Origin: Amoeboradix gromovi X-113
Lineage: Eukaryota > Fungi > Sanchytriomycota
Direction: 5' to 3'
Length of the DNA: 18,880 nucleotides
Assembly: GCA_018985225.1 (NCBI GenBank)
Contig: JADGIF010000119.1
Coordinates: 1 to 18,880, forward strand
Part shown: positions 1-8,930 of the stretch, in pieces
Position numbering within the stretch: position 1 is the stretch's first letter
Layout of the letters: every line of letters begins with the position of its first letter
The notes under the pieces: model-generated
Seen by the model: the letters and a program-made list of their open reading frames with translations, nothing else
What the model was told of the DNA's origin: nothing
Database searches by the model: none
Translations under genes and position numbers: made by a program

Positions 1-503
1 TATAACAGAAGAAGATCTTTTATTAATAATAGCATTTCCTCCGTATGGAGCACCTCCTTTAAAAACGAGTTAGTCTAGTTTTTATATTTGGTGTCCCATA
101 TGCCGCCGTAATAAGTATAGTTTCTAAAATAAAGACAACTCAGACATGCGAATAGGTATTCTACGCTGAGTCCATTAATAAGCGAACCAATAGTCTTAAA
201 ATCTAGTGCTTATGGGGATATGGAAAAATGAAGGCAAGTTAATGCCAAGACGTTTTAATAATCTCAAACGTTTATTCATATATAAACATTCTCTATTAAT
301 GCGTGGTTTTGGGGAGAGTCGAGTGTATCACAGATAAGAGAATCCCGTCATGTATTGCAATATTGAGGCAGCGTTTATTAAACTGATACTTTCAATTTCT
401 TTCATCCTAAAAATACCCAATCTATCCACTGCCAACATTCTTCATACATCTACATTCCTACAACATCTTTTCTGGTAATAATTTTTATCCTAAACGTAAC
501 TTT

Positions 504-1724
504 ATGTTTCAAAATCAATCCATTTTGATTTCTTTTCTAATAGTGCTTATAGCTCTACCTAGCTCTTATCTGCAAAGCAATGATTTTAAGCTACACGACA
601 GTCACTCCTGGTCCAACTTCCTTTCTTCAAAGTATCCTAAAATCCACGTATGCAAGAGACCAGTTAGTAACAGATACGAGTATTTGAAAGGTAAATACAG
701 CTATCTGATTTCCATAAATCTCTATAACAACCAGGACATACTACCGTCCATGATGCATAATATAATGAAGCTCATGGATCAGTATTTTATGAAAAAGGTG
801 TACCTGAGAATATTTGAAAGTGGCAGTACAGACAAAACTAAGAGGATGCTTTATGATTTTCACTATATCTTGAAGTCCTACGACATCGAGTACGAGATAG
901 AAACCAGCGCATTGACTAAGAGTGACCGGGACACTAACCGGATCGACTATTTGGTATACATGAGAAACTATGCCATTCAGCCGGTGATCATGAACAGAAT
1001 AAATGTCGATTATGTCCTGTTTCTGAACGACATATTCTTCTGCTATGACGATATTTTGGAGCTGCTCCATCAGCAGACTCTTAATTCTGCTGACTTAGTA
1101 GGAGGCATGGACTACTTATACCTTCCATGGAAACAGCTAATATTTTACGACTCTTGGGTTACTCAGGATGTAAATGGTACACATCCAGAGTGGCTGGAAG
1201 TCCAAAAAGGTATTGCAGCTGTAAACCCACCAGATCTTAAAAGAGTTGAAAATTTGCTGCCAGTGCAAATGATGTGTTTATGGAATGGAATGGTGAGTAT
1301 AAATGCACAGGTATTTAAAAACATCGAGTTTCGTAGAGGCTTAAACGGTATAAAAGGCGATACCACTCCTGGTGAATGCAGCGCAAGTGAAATCACATCT
1401 TTATGCATAGATATGATTAAACACGGGTATGACAAGCTGGTTATGGTTCCTCAAGTTAAAGTGGCGTATGATATGCCAACCTACGAGTACTTGAAGTACC
1501 AAGACAACGATTTTAGTAAAAAATATCCGACAAACACAATGCATCGCAATGATGAGGATATACCTATAAAATGGGTTGATCTTACTACAAAACACGATTG
1601 TTGGCCATACTACGACAACGACAGAGGTAGAGAAACAAAAAAAGAAAGAGGTGACTACAAAGAGTTCATGCCAAATAGACTGAAAATTGCGGAATATGAT
1701 AAAAGAGTTATTAGTTATCATTAA
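504..1724 (+). CDS. CAP59/CMT1-like alpha-1,3-mannosyltransferase (GT69 family)
   Basis: 406-aa ORF with an N-terminal hydrophobic anchor. Family motifs: FESGSTDKTK, RIDYLVYMRN, VLFLNDIFFCYDDILELL, FYDSWV, PVQMMCLWNGMV, FRR...GECSASE...CID, VPQVKVAY. AATAAA overlaps the stop. Confidence 0.88.
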   Translation: MFQNQSILISFLIVLIALPSSYLQSNDFKLHDSHSWSNFLSSKYPKIHVCKRPVSNRYEYLKGKYSYLISINLYNNQDILPSMMHNIMKLMDQYFMKKVYLRIFESGSTDKTKRMLYDFHYILKSYDIEYEIETSALTKSDRDTNRIDYLVYMRNYAIQPVIMNRINVDYVLFLNDIFFCYDDILELLHQQTLNSADLVGGMDYLYLPWKQLIFYDSWVTQDVNGTHPEWLEVQKGIAAVNPPDLKRVENLLPVQMMCLWNGMVSINAQVFKNIEFRRGLNGIKGDTTPGECSASEITSLCIDMIKHGYDKLVMVPQVKVAYDMPTYEYLKYQDNDFSKKYPTNTMHRNDEDIPIKWVDLTTKHDCWPYYDNDRGRETKKERGDYKEFMPNRLKIAEYDKRVISYH

Positions 1725-1921
1725 ATAAATATAATTTTGTAGAATTATCTCACATTTGAAGTAAGAAAATTGGAGTTCAACCAAAATTTTGCGGCACTTC
1801 AAATCAATGCGCGGTTGGTAGGTGATCCGGGACCAACATTGATTGGATCAGGTATTTATGAGGTTGCTGATTGGGTCCCGCTTGAGGTATGATTAAATAG
1901 TTGAGTGTCTGATCAAACTAA

Positions 1922-2707
1922 ATGGTGGCTTTGAATTACGATGCTCAATTTGTTATTTGGAATGCGACACATACATTCTGTGAAGGCCATACGGGTGAAA
2001 TAGAATTTGTAAATATTCTAACCTCAACCGCTATGATATTTGTAGGAGCTTTGTTATTTGGTAAGATTCATAACTCATCAATGTTGATGCTGGCGAGTAT
2101 CTCGTTTATGCTAAATGGTATAGCCTCTATATTTTACCATTTAACTAGGTATTTTAGCTATGGTATTATTGATAAGACATCGTTGACCCTGACTGCATTG
2201 TTTATTTTATTTCACCACCTAGACACCACTTGGCTGAAATCTTCAAACCCGAATTTAAAGATCCTCACTTATATTCCGATTATGTCTGTATTGTTTATTT
2301 TCACACCATACATGACATACGTGGGAATTTATCCTGGACTACCACCACTCGATGTATTTCCATTGATTATTTATTATGCATTAGCATCATTCAGTGGACT
2401 AGCTTATCTTATGAAATCTAATTCTAGGCTTCTTAAACCTTTTCTTGTTACTCAATTTATATTCCTTTTCATGTTTTTTGCAAACTATTTTTACGAGCTT
2501 GAATGTACGCCAATAACTAGATATGTACCAGCACACGCAGTATTTCATATCGTAGAGTCGGTCTGTACCTATAGATTGGCTATAATATCATATTGCCTTG
2601 AAAACAATTTTTTTCTTAATTTTAAATCTAGACTTAACCATATATTACCAGTTCCTGAAGCTGAGAAATCTGAGCTGATAACAGGAGACTCTTCTGTAGA
2701 ACTTTAA
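1922..2707 (+). CDS. Alkaline ceramidase-like 7TM hydrolase (CREST superfamily)
   Basis: 261 aa with multiple TM segments. N-terminal FCE...EFVNILTS, plus SxxxH (SIFYH), a downstream D (IIDK) and HxxxH (HAVFH) metal-binding motifs. Confidence 0.75.
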   Translation: MVALNYDAQFVIWNATHTFCEGHTGEIEFVNILTSTAMIFVGALLFGKIHNSSMLMLASISFMLNGIASIFYHLTRYFSYGIIDKTSLTLTALFILFHHLDTTWLKSSNPNLKILTYIPIMSVLFIFTPYMTYVGIYPGLPPLDVFPLIIYYALASFSGLAYLMKSNSRLLKPFLVTQFIFLFMFFANYFYELECTPITRYVPAHAVFHIVESVCTYRLAIISYCLENNFFLNFKSRLNHILPVPEAEKSELITGDSSVEL

Positions 2708-2802
2708 GGCTTGTTTTGAATAAATATAGTAAATTTCCATATCTTTTAAAACTGCATTTGTCATTAAAAATTAAATTATGAATAGAATTACATGAAATTA
2801 AT

Positions 2803-3440
2803 TTATTTGGAACAACAATTACCATTCTTTGATGTTTGTGCTGTCAAATCAACTTTATCACCATCCGGTTTAGCAGCGGTATCAATTAATCTCTTTTTGA
2901 TGTCCCTACATTAATAGGCATTTACTTGGCTAGCGTGAAGAATCCTTCTTCCACATTTATGTTTGATTTAGCGCTTGTTTCCAAAAACGGAATCCCGTAT
3001 TCATCTGCAAGAGCTTGACCTTGCTCCCTAGTAATAACCTTCTTTTCTTCACAGTCACATTTATTGCCCACTAGAATTTTATTAACGCCCTCACTCGCAT
3101 GCTCATCAATGTTTTTGATCCAATTCCTAATGTTATGAAAAGATTTCTCGTCAGTTACGTCGTAAACCAGTAAAATCCCCATTGCGCCGCGGTAATATGC
3201 GGTTGTAATAGTTCTAAATCTCTCTTGTCCCGCCGTGTCCCATATCTGCAGTTTTATTTTTTTACTGTCAAGGTCAATCGTTCTGATTTTAAAATCAATC
3301 CCAATGGTCGCTATGAAAGAGGGCGTGAATGAATCATCGCTAAATCTCAGCAGCAAACAAGATTTACCAACACCGCTATCTCCAATGAGTAATAGCTTCA
3401 TCAAATAGTCATACGAGGTTTTGTTAGCTTGAGTAGTCAT
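2803..3440 (-). CDS. Rab8/Sec4/Ypt2-family small GTPase, two exons (3440-2926, 2905-2803), 205 aa
   Basis: [42 protein letters not shown] and ETSAK motifs. Removing a 20-nt GT..AG intron restores [37 protein letters not shown], which carries a C-terminal CC prenylation motif. Confidence 0.95.
2906..2925 (-). other. 20-nt spliceosomal intron in the Rab gene
   Basis: Minus strand GTAAATGCCTATTAATGTAG: GT donor, TTAAT branch-like motif, TAG acceptor. It contains the in-frame TAA that truncates the unspliced ORF. Confidence 0.9.
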
Positions 3441-3610
3441 TCAGAGTAAATCAAGAGGTGTTTCACAACAGCCCCTATAACATTGATATACCAGCAAACT
3501 GAAATAAAAGAATCAAGAAATAGCCGGTGAATGCTAAGTATGAAGAGATAGAAATTGTAAAATGTTCATTATTTTAAAAAACACGTCGTGTTTTTGTTTC
3601 GAAAATAAAA

Positions 3611-5125
3611 ATGTTCCAAGTTCAATTTGGCAAACCAAGAAAAGACTACGGAAAATTACCAGAATTGACAACCCAATTTCATGAAATTATCACAAAGAAT
3701 GACGAAGTTGAGCGAAAATCACCTAAAATGGTGAATGTGGTTTCCGATGCAACTAGGAAATATAGCATTCACCATGTAAACACAACCAAAGTTGAATACT
3801 CAAATAAGCAGGTATTTCATAAGGAGGGTGGATGGCCAAGGGAAATCGATTATTTGGATAATGAGCAGACAAGTAGATTTAAAAAAAAGATAGAAAAGGA
3901 TGACTCGTTTATCAAAGCTGTGGTAGAAATGGGAAAACAAGTTGAAAAGAACATAATGCTTAACAATGCACTGAACATTTATGAAAATGAAAAAGTTGAT
4001 GCACCACCCTGCACGGATTATAAAATGCAACAAGTCTTAACGTTTCGAGATGCCAAATGCAGACCTGTGCAGTCAGTTCAGTATAGCTGCGATTACAAGC
4101 AGTTCATTGTAAGCTACCAAGATGATATCCACACTAACGCATTTATTTGGAACTTGAATAACGCAGTTCACCCTGCTTTGTCTCTTTTGTGCAATTCTCA
4201 AGGTAACTGTTTCCAATTCAACCCTAAAGACCAGTATCAAATAATCGGAGCAATGAGCAGCGGTCAACTGTGTTTATGGGATGTTCGAAAAGGTTCAAAC
4301 GCAGCGTTCACAAGCAGCGTTGATTGCTCTCACAAAGACGAATGCTTAGGAGTGTGTTGGTTGCAATCTAAAACTGGAAATGAAGCAGCTAGCGTGGGAT
4401 TGGACGGTACCATATTGTTCTGGGACACTCGCAAATTAGACGAGCCAACAGAGAGAGTGGCCATTGAATGTTTTAAAGATGGAATACTTCACGGTAGTGC
4501 TTGTATTGAATTCGATGTGTCTGTTGCAACAAAATTTCTGGTAGGAACCGAAACTGGAAATATCCTGAACTGTAACAGAAAAGGCAAAACATCTGTTGAA
4601 AAAATGGGTTTTTGTTTTCCTGCGAGTTCTGGAGCAATAAAATCGGTTCAGCGTTCTCCTTTTTGTCCTAAAAATTTCTTTTCTGTTTCAGCCCAATCTA
4701 TAAAATTGTGGTCCGAAGACTTCAAGGTACCAATCTGGAAATATGATGGGAGTTATTCTGTAGGATGCGTTAGTCAATCTAGACCTTGTGTCTTATTTAC
4801 AGGTACTAACTGCGGCACTGTTGTTCCATTTGATTTGGCTTATTCTTTGACTAAACCAAGAAACGAGTTTAAAATCTCCAATCACCCGATAACGGCATTG
4901 AAATCAAATGACAAGGGTACCCAATTATTATGTGGTACAATCCACGGTCAAGTTACCACGGTTTTACTGAGTGATGGATACTATTTGCCATTAAAATCGG
5001 AGAAATCAACCTTAATGGCAATGGCTGACCATGATCTAAAGCGAGAAAAAACAATTGACAGCTTTGCAAAAGAGAGTAAATTGAGAAAAGAAATAGGGGA
5101 CAGTTTGATTTCTAGTGTTTATTAA
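3611..5125 (+). CDS. DNAI2: Axonemal outer-arm dynein intermediate chain 2-like (WD40), DNAI2/IC2 family
   Basis: HKEGGWPREID...EQTSRFKKKIEKD...NNALNIYE N-terminal signature. WD40 repeats (GQLCLWDVRKG, DGTILFWDTRKL, KFLVGTETG) and a C-terminal EK..L.AM...KREK segment. Confidence 0.85.
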   Translation: MFQVQFGKPRKDYGKLPELTTQFHEIITKNDEVERKSPKMVNVVSDATRKYSIHHVNTTKVEYSNKQVFHKEGGWPREIDYLDNEQTSRFKKKIEKDDSFIKAVVEMGKQVEKNIMLNNALNIYENEKVDAPPCTDYKMQQVLTFRDAKCRPVQSVQYSCDYKQFIVSYQDDIHTNAFIWNLNNAVHPALSLLCNSQGNCFQFNPKDQYQIIGAMSSGQLCLWDVRKGSNAAFTSSVDCSHKDECLGVCWLQSKTGNEAASVGLDGTILFWDTRKLDEPTERVAIECFKDGILHGSACIEFDVSVATKFLVGTETGNILNCNRKGKTSVEKMGFCFPASSGAIKSVQRSPFCPKNFFSVSAQSIKLWSEDFKVPIWKYDGSYSVGCVSQSRPCVLFTGTNCGTVVPFDLAYSLTKPRNEFKISNHPITALKSNDKGTQLLCGTIHGQVTTVLLSDGYYLPLKSEKSTLMAMADHDLKREKTIDSFAKESKLRKEIGDSLISSVY

Positions 5126-5519
5126 TAAATTTAATGATTCAATATTGTGTTTTGATTAAAATCTAAGAGTATTAATTCTATTGTTTGGGACTCAGAATAC
5201 AGCTTTATTTAAATCATAAATAACAATATATAACAATTAAAACAGGCAAAACACAGCTCGTTTTATTTGGAAGGTACCAATCAATGTATTTCAAAAAAAT
5301 TTAGAATAGCATTTCAGTATGATAACACCTACTCATGTCTTTGTGCTTAGCTATCAGAAGAGTCCATTCATTGAAAACCAAATCTCTAAATTTTTAGAAC
5401 CAAGCAAAAGCGAGTGAACTGATCAATTGCATACCGTACTAAAAAGACTTGATAACGCTGTAGTACATTCGTAATTTTGAAATTACAAACCGACTCCGTG
5501 TTACTTGCCATTGTGAAAA

Positions 5520-7766
5520 ATGAAAATTTTAGTACTTGGGAATGGAGGAAGAGAAGATGCTATATGCCAAGCATTGAAAAACCATACAGTGTACTGCTCA
5601 CCTGGAAACGGAAACACTAACAGCGTGCATGGAAATCCAATTGAATTTGCAATATCGAATAAAGTTGAGTTGGTGATAGTTGGACCCGAACAACCACTCG
5701 TAGATGGGATATGTGAACAATTTAGGAATGTAGGTATATATTGTTTTGGTCCCAGTCAATTAGCAGCGCAAATTGAGGGTTCCAAAGCTTATTGCAAAGA
5801 TTTTATGAGAAAATATGATATTCCCACCGCTAGATACAAAGTGTTTGCAGATTTCGATGCTGCCAAGCAGCATATTGAACTGATCGAATATGACGTAGTA
5901 CTTAAAACTAGTGGACTGGCGGCCGGTAAAGGTGTTTTACTACCAAAGTCTAAAGCAGAAGCTATAGAAGGCTTGAAATCAATGATGGTTGATAAAAAAT
6001 TTGGAAGTGCAGGGGAGTGTGTAGTTATTGAGGAGTTGCTTTCTGGTCCCGAGGTTTCCGTTTTAGCATTTTCAGACGGATATTCAACAAAACTGTTGCC
6101 ACCTGCCCAAGACCATAAAAGAGCATATAATGATGATCAAGGTCCTAACACTGGTGGAATGGGTGCGTATTGTCCTACTCCTGTGATTTCAGAGGAGCAG
6201 CTAGAGTTCGTACACAAAGAAATCATTCAAAAAGCAATAGATGGGATGAGAGCTGAACATCATCCTTATGTTGGTATTATTTATGCAGGAATTATGCTTA
6301 CTTCAAGCGGTCCTATGAATTTAGAGTTCAATTGTCGATTTGGTGATCCTGAATGTCAAGTGATTTTGCCGTTGCTTGAGACTGATTTAGCAGATATTTT
6401 GATAGCCTGTTGTAAAGGGTATTTAGATAGTATACAAATAATCTATAGAAGCAGTAAATCTCTCGGTGTGGTACTTGCTAGTGGAGGTTATCCCTTTGAA
6501 TACACAAAAGGCTGTGCGATTACGCTGCCAAAGAGCAGTGACCCAAACATACATGTTTACCATGCAGGGACCCTTAAGTTGGAAAACGGAAACTTTATAA
6601 CTAATGGTGGTAGAGTTCTATGTGTGGTCGGAGTTGCTGAGACTTTTGCTGAGTGTAAATCATTGGCTTACAATACTATTAAGACTATATTCTTTGATAA
6701 CATGATGTATAGAACAGACATAGGGAGTATGGCGTTAGACTCCAAAAAAACTCAGTCTCTTACATATGCGAGCTCTGGTGTTGATATCCAGGCAGGCAAT
6801 GATTTTATATCAGATATCAAGGCACATGTAAAATCCACCAGCAGGCCAGGTAGCAACTGTGATATAGGAGGTTTTGGTGCACTTTTTGATTTAACAATGG
6901 CAGGTTATCCTTCTGATGCGTATCTAGTCTGTTGCACCGATGGTGTGGGTACAAAACTCAAACTGGCGGTAGAATCTAACATTCTGGATACTGTTGGGAT
7001 AGACTTGGTAGCTATGAGTGTAAATGACTTGGTTGTGCAAGGTGCCGAGCCATTGCTTTTTTTGGACTACTATGCGTGTGGCTACTTGAATAGAGAGGTG
7101 GCTACCAAGGTCGTTTCCGGTATAGCAAAGGGATGCGTAATAAGTAAATGCGCACTAATTGGCGGAGAGACTGCCGAAATGCCTGGCATGTATTACCGCG
7201 ATGATTTTGATTTAGCTGGATTTGCCGTAGGGGCAGTCATGAAGAACAATGTGTATCCCAAGCTGGATAATATGAGGCCTGGAAACGTTCTGCTTGGATT
7301 GAAAAGTAGCGGCATTCATTCTAATGGATTCTCATTGGTTCGTAAAATATTGAAGATCAATAAAATCAAGCTGAATGATAAGTATCCCATCGATGAAGCA
7401 TATACAGTAGCTCAAGTTCTAATGGAACCCACTAGGATATACACCAATGAAGTTTTAGAGATGACTCGAAGTAATAAAAATAACAAAATATTGGGATTTG
7501 CACATATTACAGGTGGAGGGCTGATTGAGAACGTTCCACGAGTTTTACCTAACCATTTAGAAGCTGTATATCATAATCTTGCATTAAACCCATTGTTTAA
7601 ATGGATTCAGAACATGGGCAATGTGGAGATGGAAGAGATGAGGAAGACTTTTAATTGTGGTTACGGTCTTGTGGTGATAGTAGATACCGAAATAAAATCT
7701 GATATCATAGAGAGATTTGAAGCAGTTGAGTTAGGGTACTTGGTTGAAAAGAAAGTAAATAAATGA
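5520..7766 (+). CDS. ADE5,7: Bifunctional phosphoribosylamine-glycine ligase / AIR synthase (PurD-PurM fusion)
   Basis: PurD motifs GNGGRE, VGPEQPLVDG, EGSKAYCKDFM, GLAAGKGV, QDHKRAY..DQGPNTGGMGAY, EFNCRFGDPE. PurM motifs YASSGVD, TDGVGTK, GGETAEMPG, SSGIHSNGFSL, HITGGG, TFNCGYG. Confidence 0.97.
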   Translation: MKILVLGNGGREDAICQALKNHTVYCSPGNGNTNSVHGNPIEFAISNKVELVIVGPEQPLVDGICEQFRNVGIYCFGPSQLAAQIEGSKAYCKDFMRKYDIPTARYKVFADFDAAKQHIELIEYDVVLKTSGLAAGKGVLLPKSKAEAIEGLKSMMVDKKFGSAGECVVIEELLSGPEVSVLAFSDGYSTKLLPPAQDHKRAYNDDQGPNTGGMGAYCPTPVISEEQLEFVHKEIIQKAIDGMRAEHHPYVGIIYAGIMLTSSGPMNLEFNCRFGDPECQVILPLLETDLADILIACCKGYLDSIQIIYRSSKSLGVVLASGGYPFEYTKGCAITLPKSSDPNIHVYHAGTLKLENGNFITNGGRVLCVVGVAETFAECKSLAYNTIKTIFFDNMMYRTDIGSMALDSKKTQSLTYASSGVDIQAGNDFISDIKAHVKSTSRPGSNCDIGGFGALFDLTMAGYPSDAYLVCCTDGVGTKLKLAVESNILDTVGIDLVAMSVNDLVVQGAEPLLFLDYYACGYLNREVATKVVSGIAKGCVISKCALIGGETAEMPGMYYRDDFDLAGFAVGAVMKNNVYPKLDNMRPGNVLLGLKSSGIHSNGFSLVRKILKINKIKLNDKYPIDEAYTVAQVLMEPTRIYTNEVLEMTRSNKNNKILGFAHITGGGLIENVPRVLPNHLEAVYHNLALNPLFKWIQNMGNVEMEEMRKTFNCGYGLVVIVDTEIKSDIIERFEAVELGYLVEKKVNK

Positions 7767-8034
7767 ATTTAGTCGCTACACGATATCAATAAGACTTCAA
7801 ATACAAAAACTTCTCACGCTGTTGAGGAAATCAAATTTATAAAATACCTATTATTGCAGAAGTGCGATACTGCCAAGCAGTGCAATGAGGTAATCCTTGT
7901 ATAACTAAACAGCGAATCGATTATGCTTTGCATTCTTAATTGCTTAGTTCTACAAATCAAGAGACTGCGCAATTTAGAAAGTAGGCAATGTTTTGGAAAA
8001 CGTGAGCATATTTATTTAAGAACTATTTTAATGC

Positions 8035-8160
8035 CTCCTCGTTAAAAGTCCTGATTTCCGAGAAAATCGAGAATTTCCACAGAGAAATTAACGCTAGTTT
8101 CTCCGTTACAGTGATCGCTCACGCTTTCACTACCCTAATACGGGATTGAATAAGGATGCA
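8035..8160 (-). ncRNA. Putative omegaRNA scaffold, copy 1 (5' end uncertain)
   Basis: Three consecutive hairpins at 8108-8133, 8081-8104 and 8044-8077, lying at the element end downstream of RuvC-III. Conserved in all three copies. Confidence 0.6.
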
Positions 8161-8454
8161 TATACTTGATGTATATGTTCCTTGCTGCCATATGGTCTCT
8201 ATCTATTTCCAAATGACACTTTGTTCAGGTTCAGGTTTCTAAGTTGGTTTTCTTTAGAGTACCACATCTTGTACATGTCTGACCAGTAAATGATTCATTA
8301 CATTCGATTATCGTCTTCCTCTTTGCTTACACTTGAACTTCAAGCGTTCCTTGAATGCGTAATGGGAAATTGTTACCATATTTCTTGCGACCTTGCTACT
8401 TATCATTTAGCTAGCATTAAACGATGGCAAGTGTATAAGATTATATGTCTTTGT
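8042..8454 (-). pseudogene. Fanzor2/TnpB C-terminal remnant (copy 1)
   Basis: Frameshifted translation TYNLIHLPSFNAS*MISSKVARNMVTISHYAFKERLKFKCKQRG / TIIECNESFTGQTCTRCGTLKKTNLET* / KCHLEIDRDHMAARNIYIKY: a CxxC zinc finger plus RuvC-III DRDxxAARNI. Confidence 0.85.
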
Positions 8455-8930
8455 ATGCTGTACCTATTAGTTACTTATTTAGAATTGATTTGCCACTTGT
8501 GAAAAGGAAGAACATCTAGTATTTAAAGTATTAGAAAAATCTGGAAAAGTCTTGAAATCATACAAAAATCCATACAAATTCGCAATAAATGATTTATTCA
8601 AGAAAATAGTCAAGCTGTTTACTTTCTTTCTGTATCTTCGTACCTCATTCTCTTTGCCAATGTTTTCTTGTACAAGCTGTCTGTGTAATGATTCAATATT
8701 AAGACCCATTCTGACAAAATTTCATCATTTCCTAGTAGATGGAAGAGATGGAAACTACAGCAGGAATCATCTCTATGCCCTGCATCATATTTTAAAATAA
8801 AAGAATAAACGTTATTTCTGTTTGTCCGAGTCCATAGAATATGCAAGACCAGGGAATACTAAAAATATCAAGCTGAAATTGTTATTGATTTATTGTAAAA
8901 AACATATTCATCCGGGAAATTAATTTCATG

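Larger units (their letters stand above)
8035..8621 (-). mobile_element. Non-autonomous IS607/Fanzor2-derived element, copy 1
   Basis: Colinear homology with 11418-12043 and 15377-16000, with unrelated flanks. Carries a decayed TnpB/Fanzor C-terminus. Has private deletions: 9 nt near 8397 and ~28 nt in the TnpA-like stub. Confidence 0.85.

Noticed and set aside
1825-1860. TPP riboswitch-like CCTGATCCAATCAATGTTGG on the minus strand
   Set aside because: It lacks the upstream CUGAGA motif and the downstream CGNAGG, and the neighbouring genes are not thiamine-related.
741-4267. Short overlapping ORFs inside the GT69, ceramidase and dynein genes
   Set aside because: They are shadow frames of well-supported genes and show no motifs.
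8079-8087. ACAGAGAAA as a U6 snRNA ACAGAGA box
   Set aside because: Not followed by GATTAGCATGG. It is one arm of the element hairpin.
8035-8621. TIR/TSD-type MITE (DDE transposon)
   Set aside because: The ends are not reverse complements (CTACTTGTTAAAAGTCC vs TAAACAGCTTGACTATT) and no duplication longer than the 2-nt AG/CT is visible.
8290-8846. ORFs 8290-8502, 8479-8709, 8552-8800 and 8619-8846 (likewise 11709-11957 and 15787-15993) as genes
   Set aside because: They are antisense shadows of the Fanzor remnant or frames crossing the element boundary. Most lack an ATG start and they are not conserved intact between copies.
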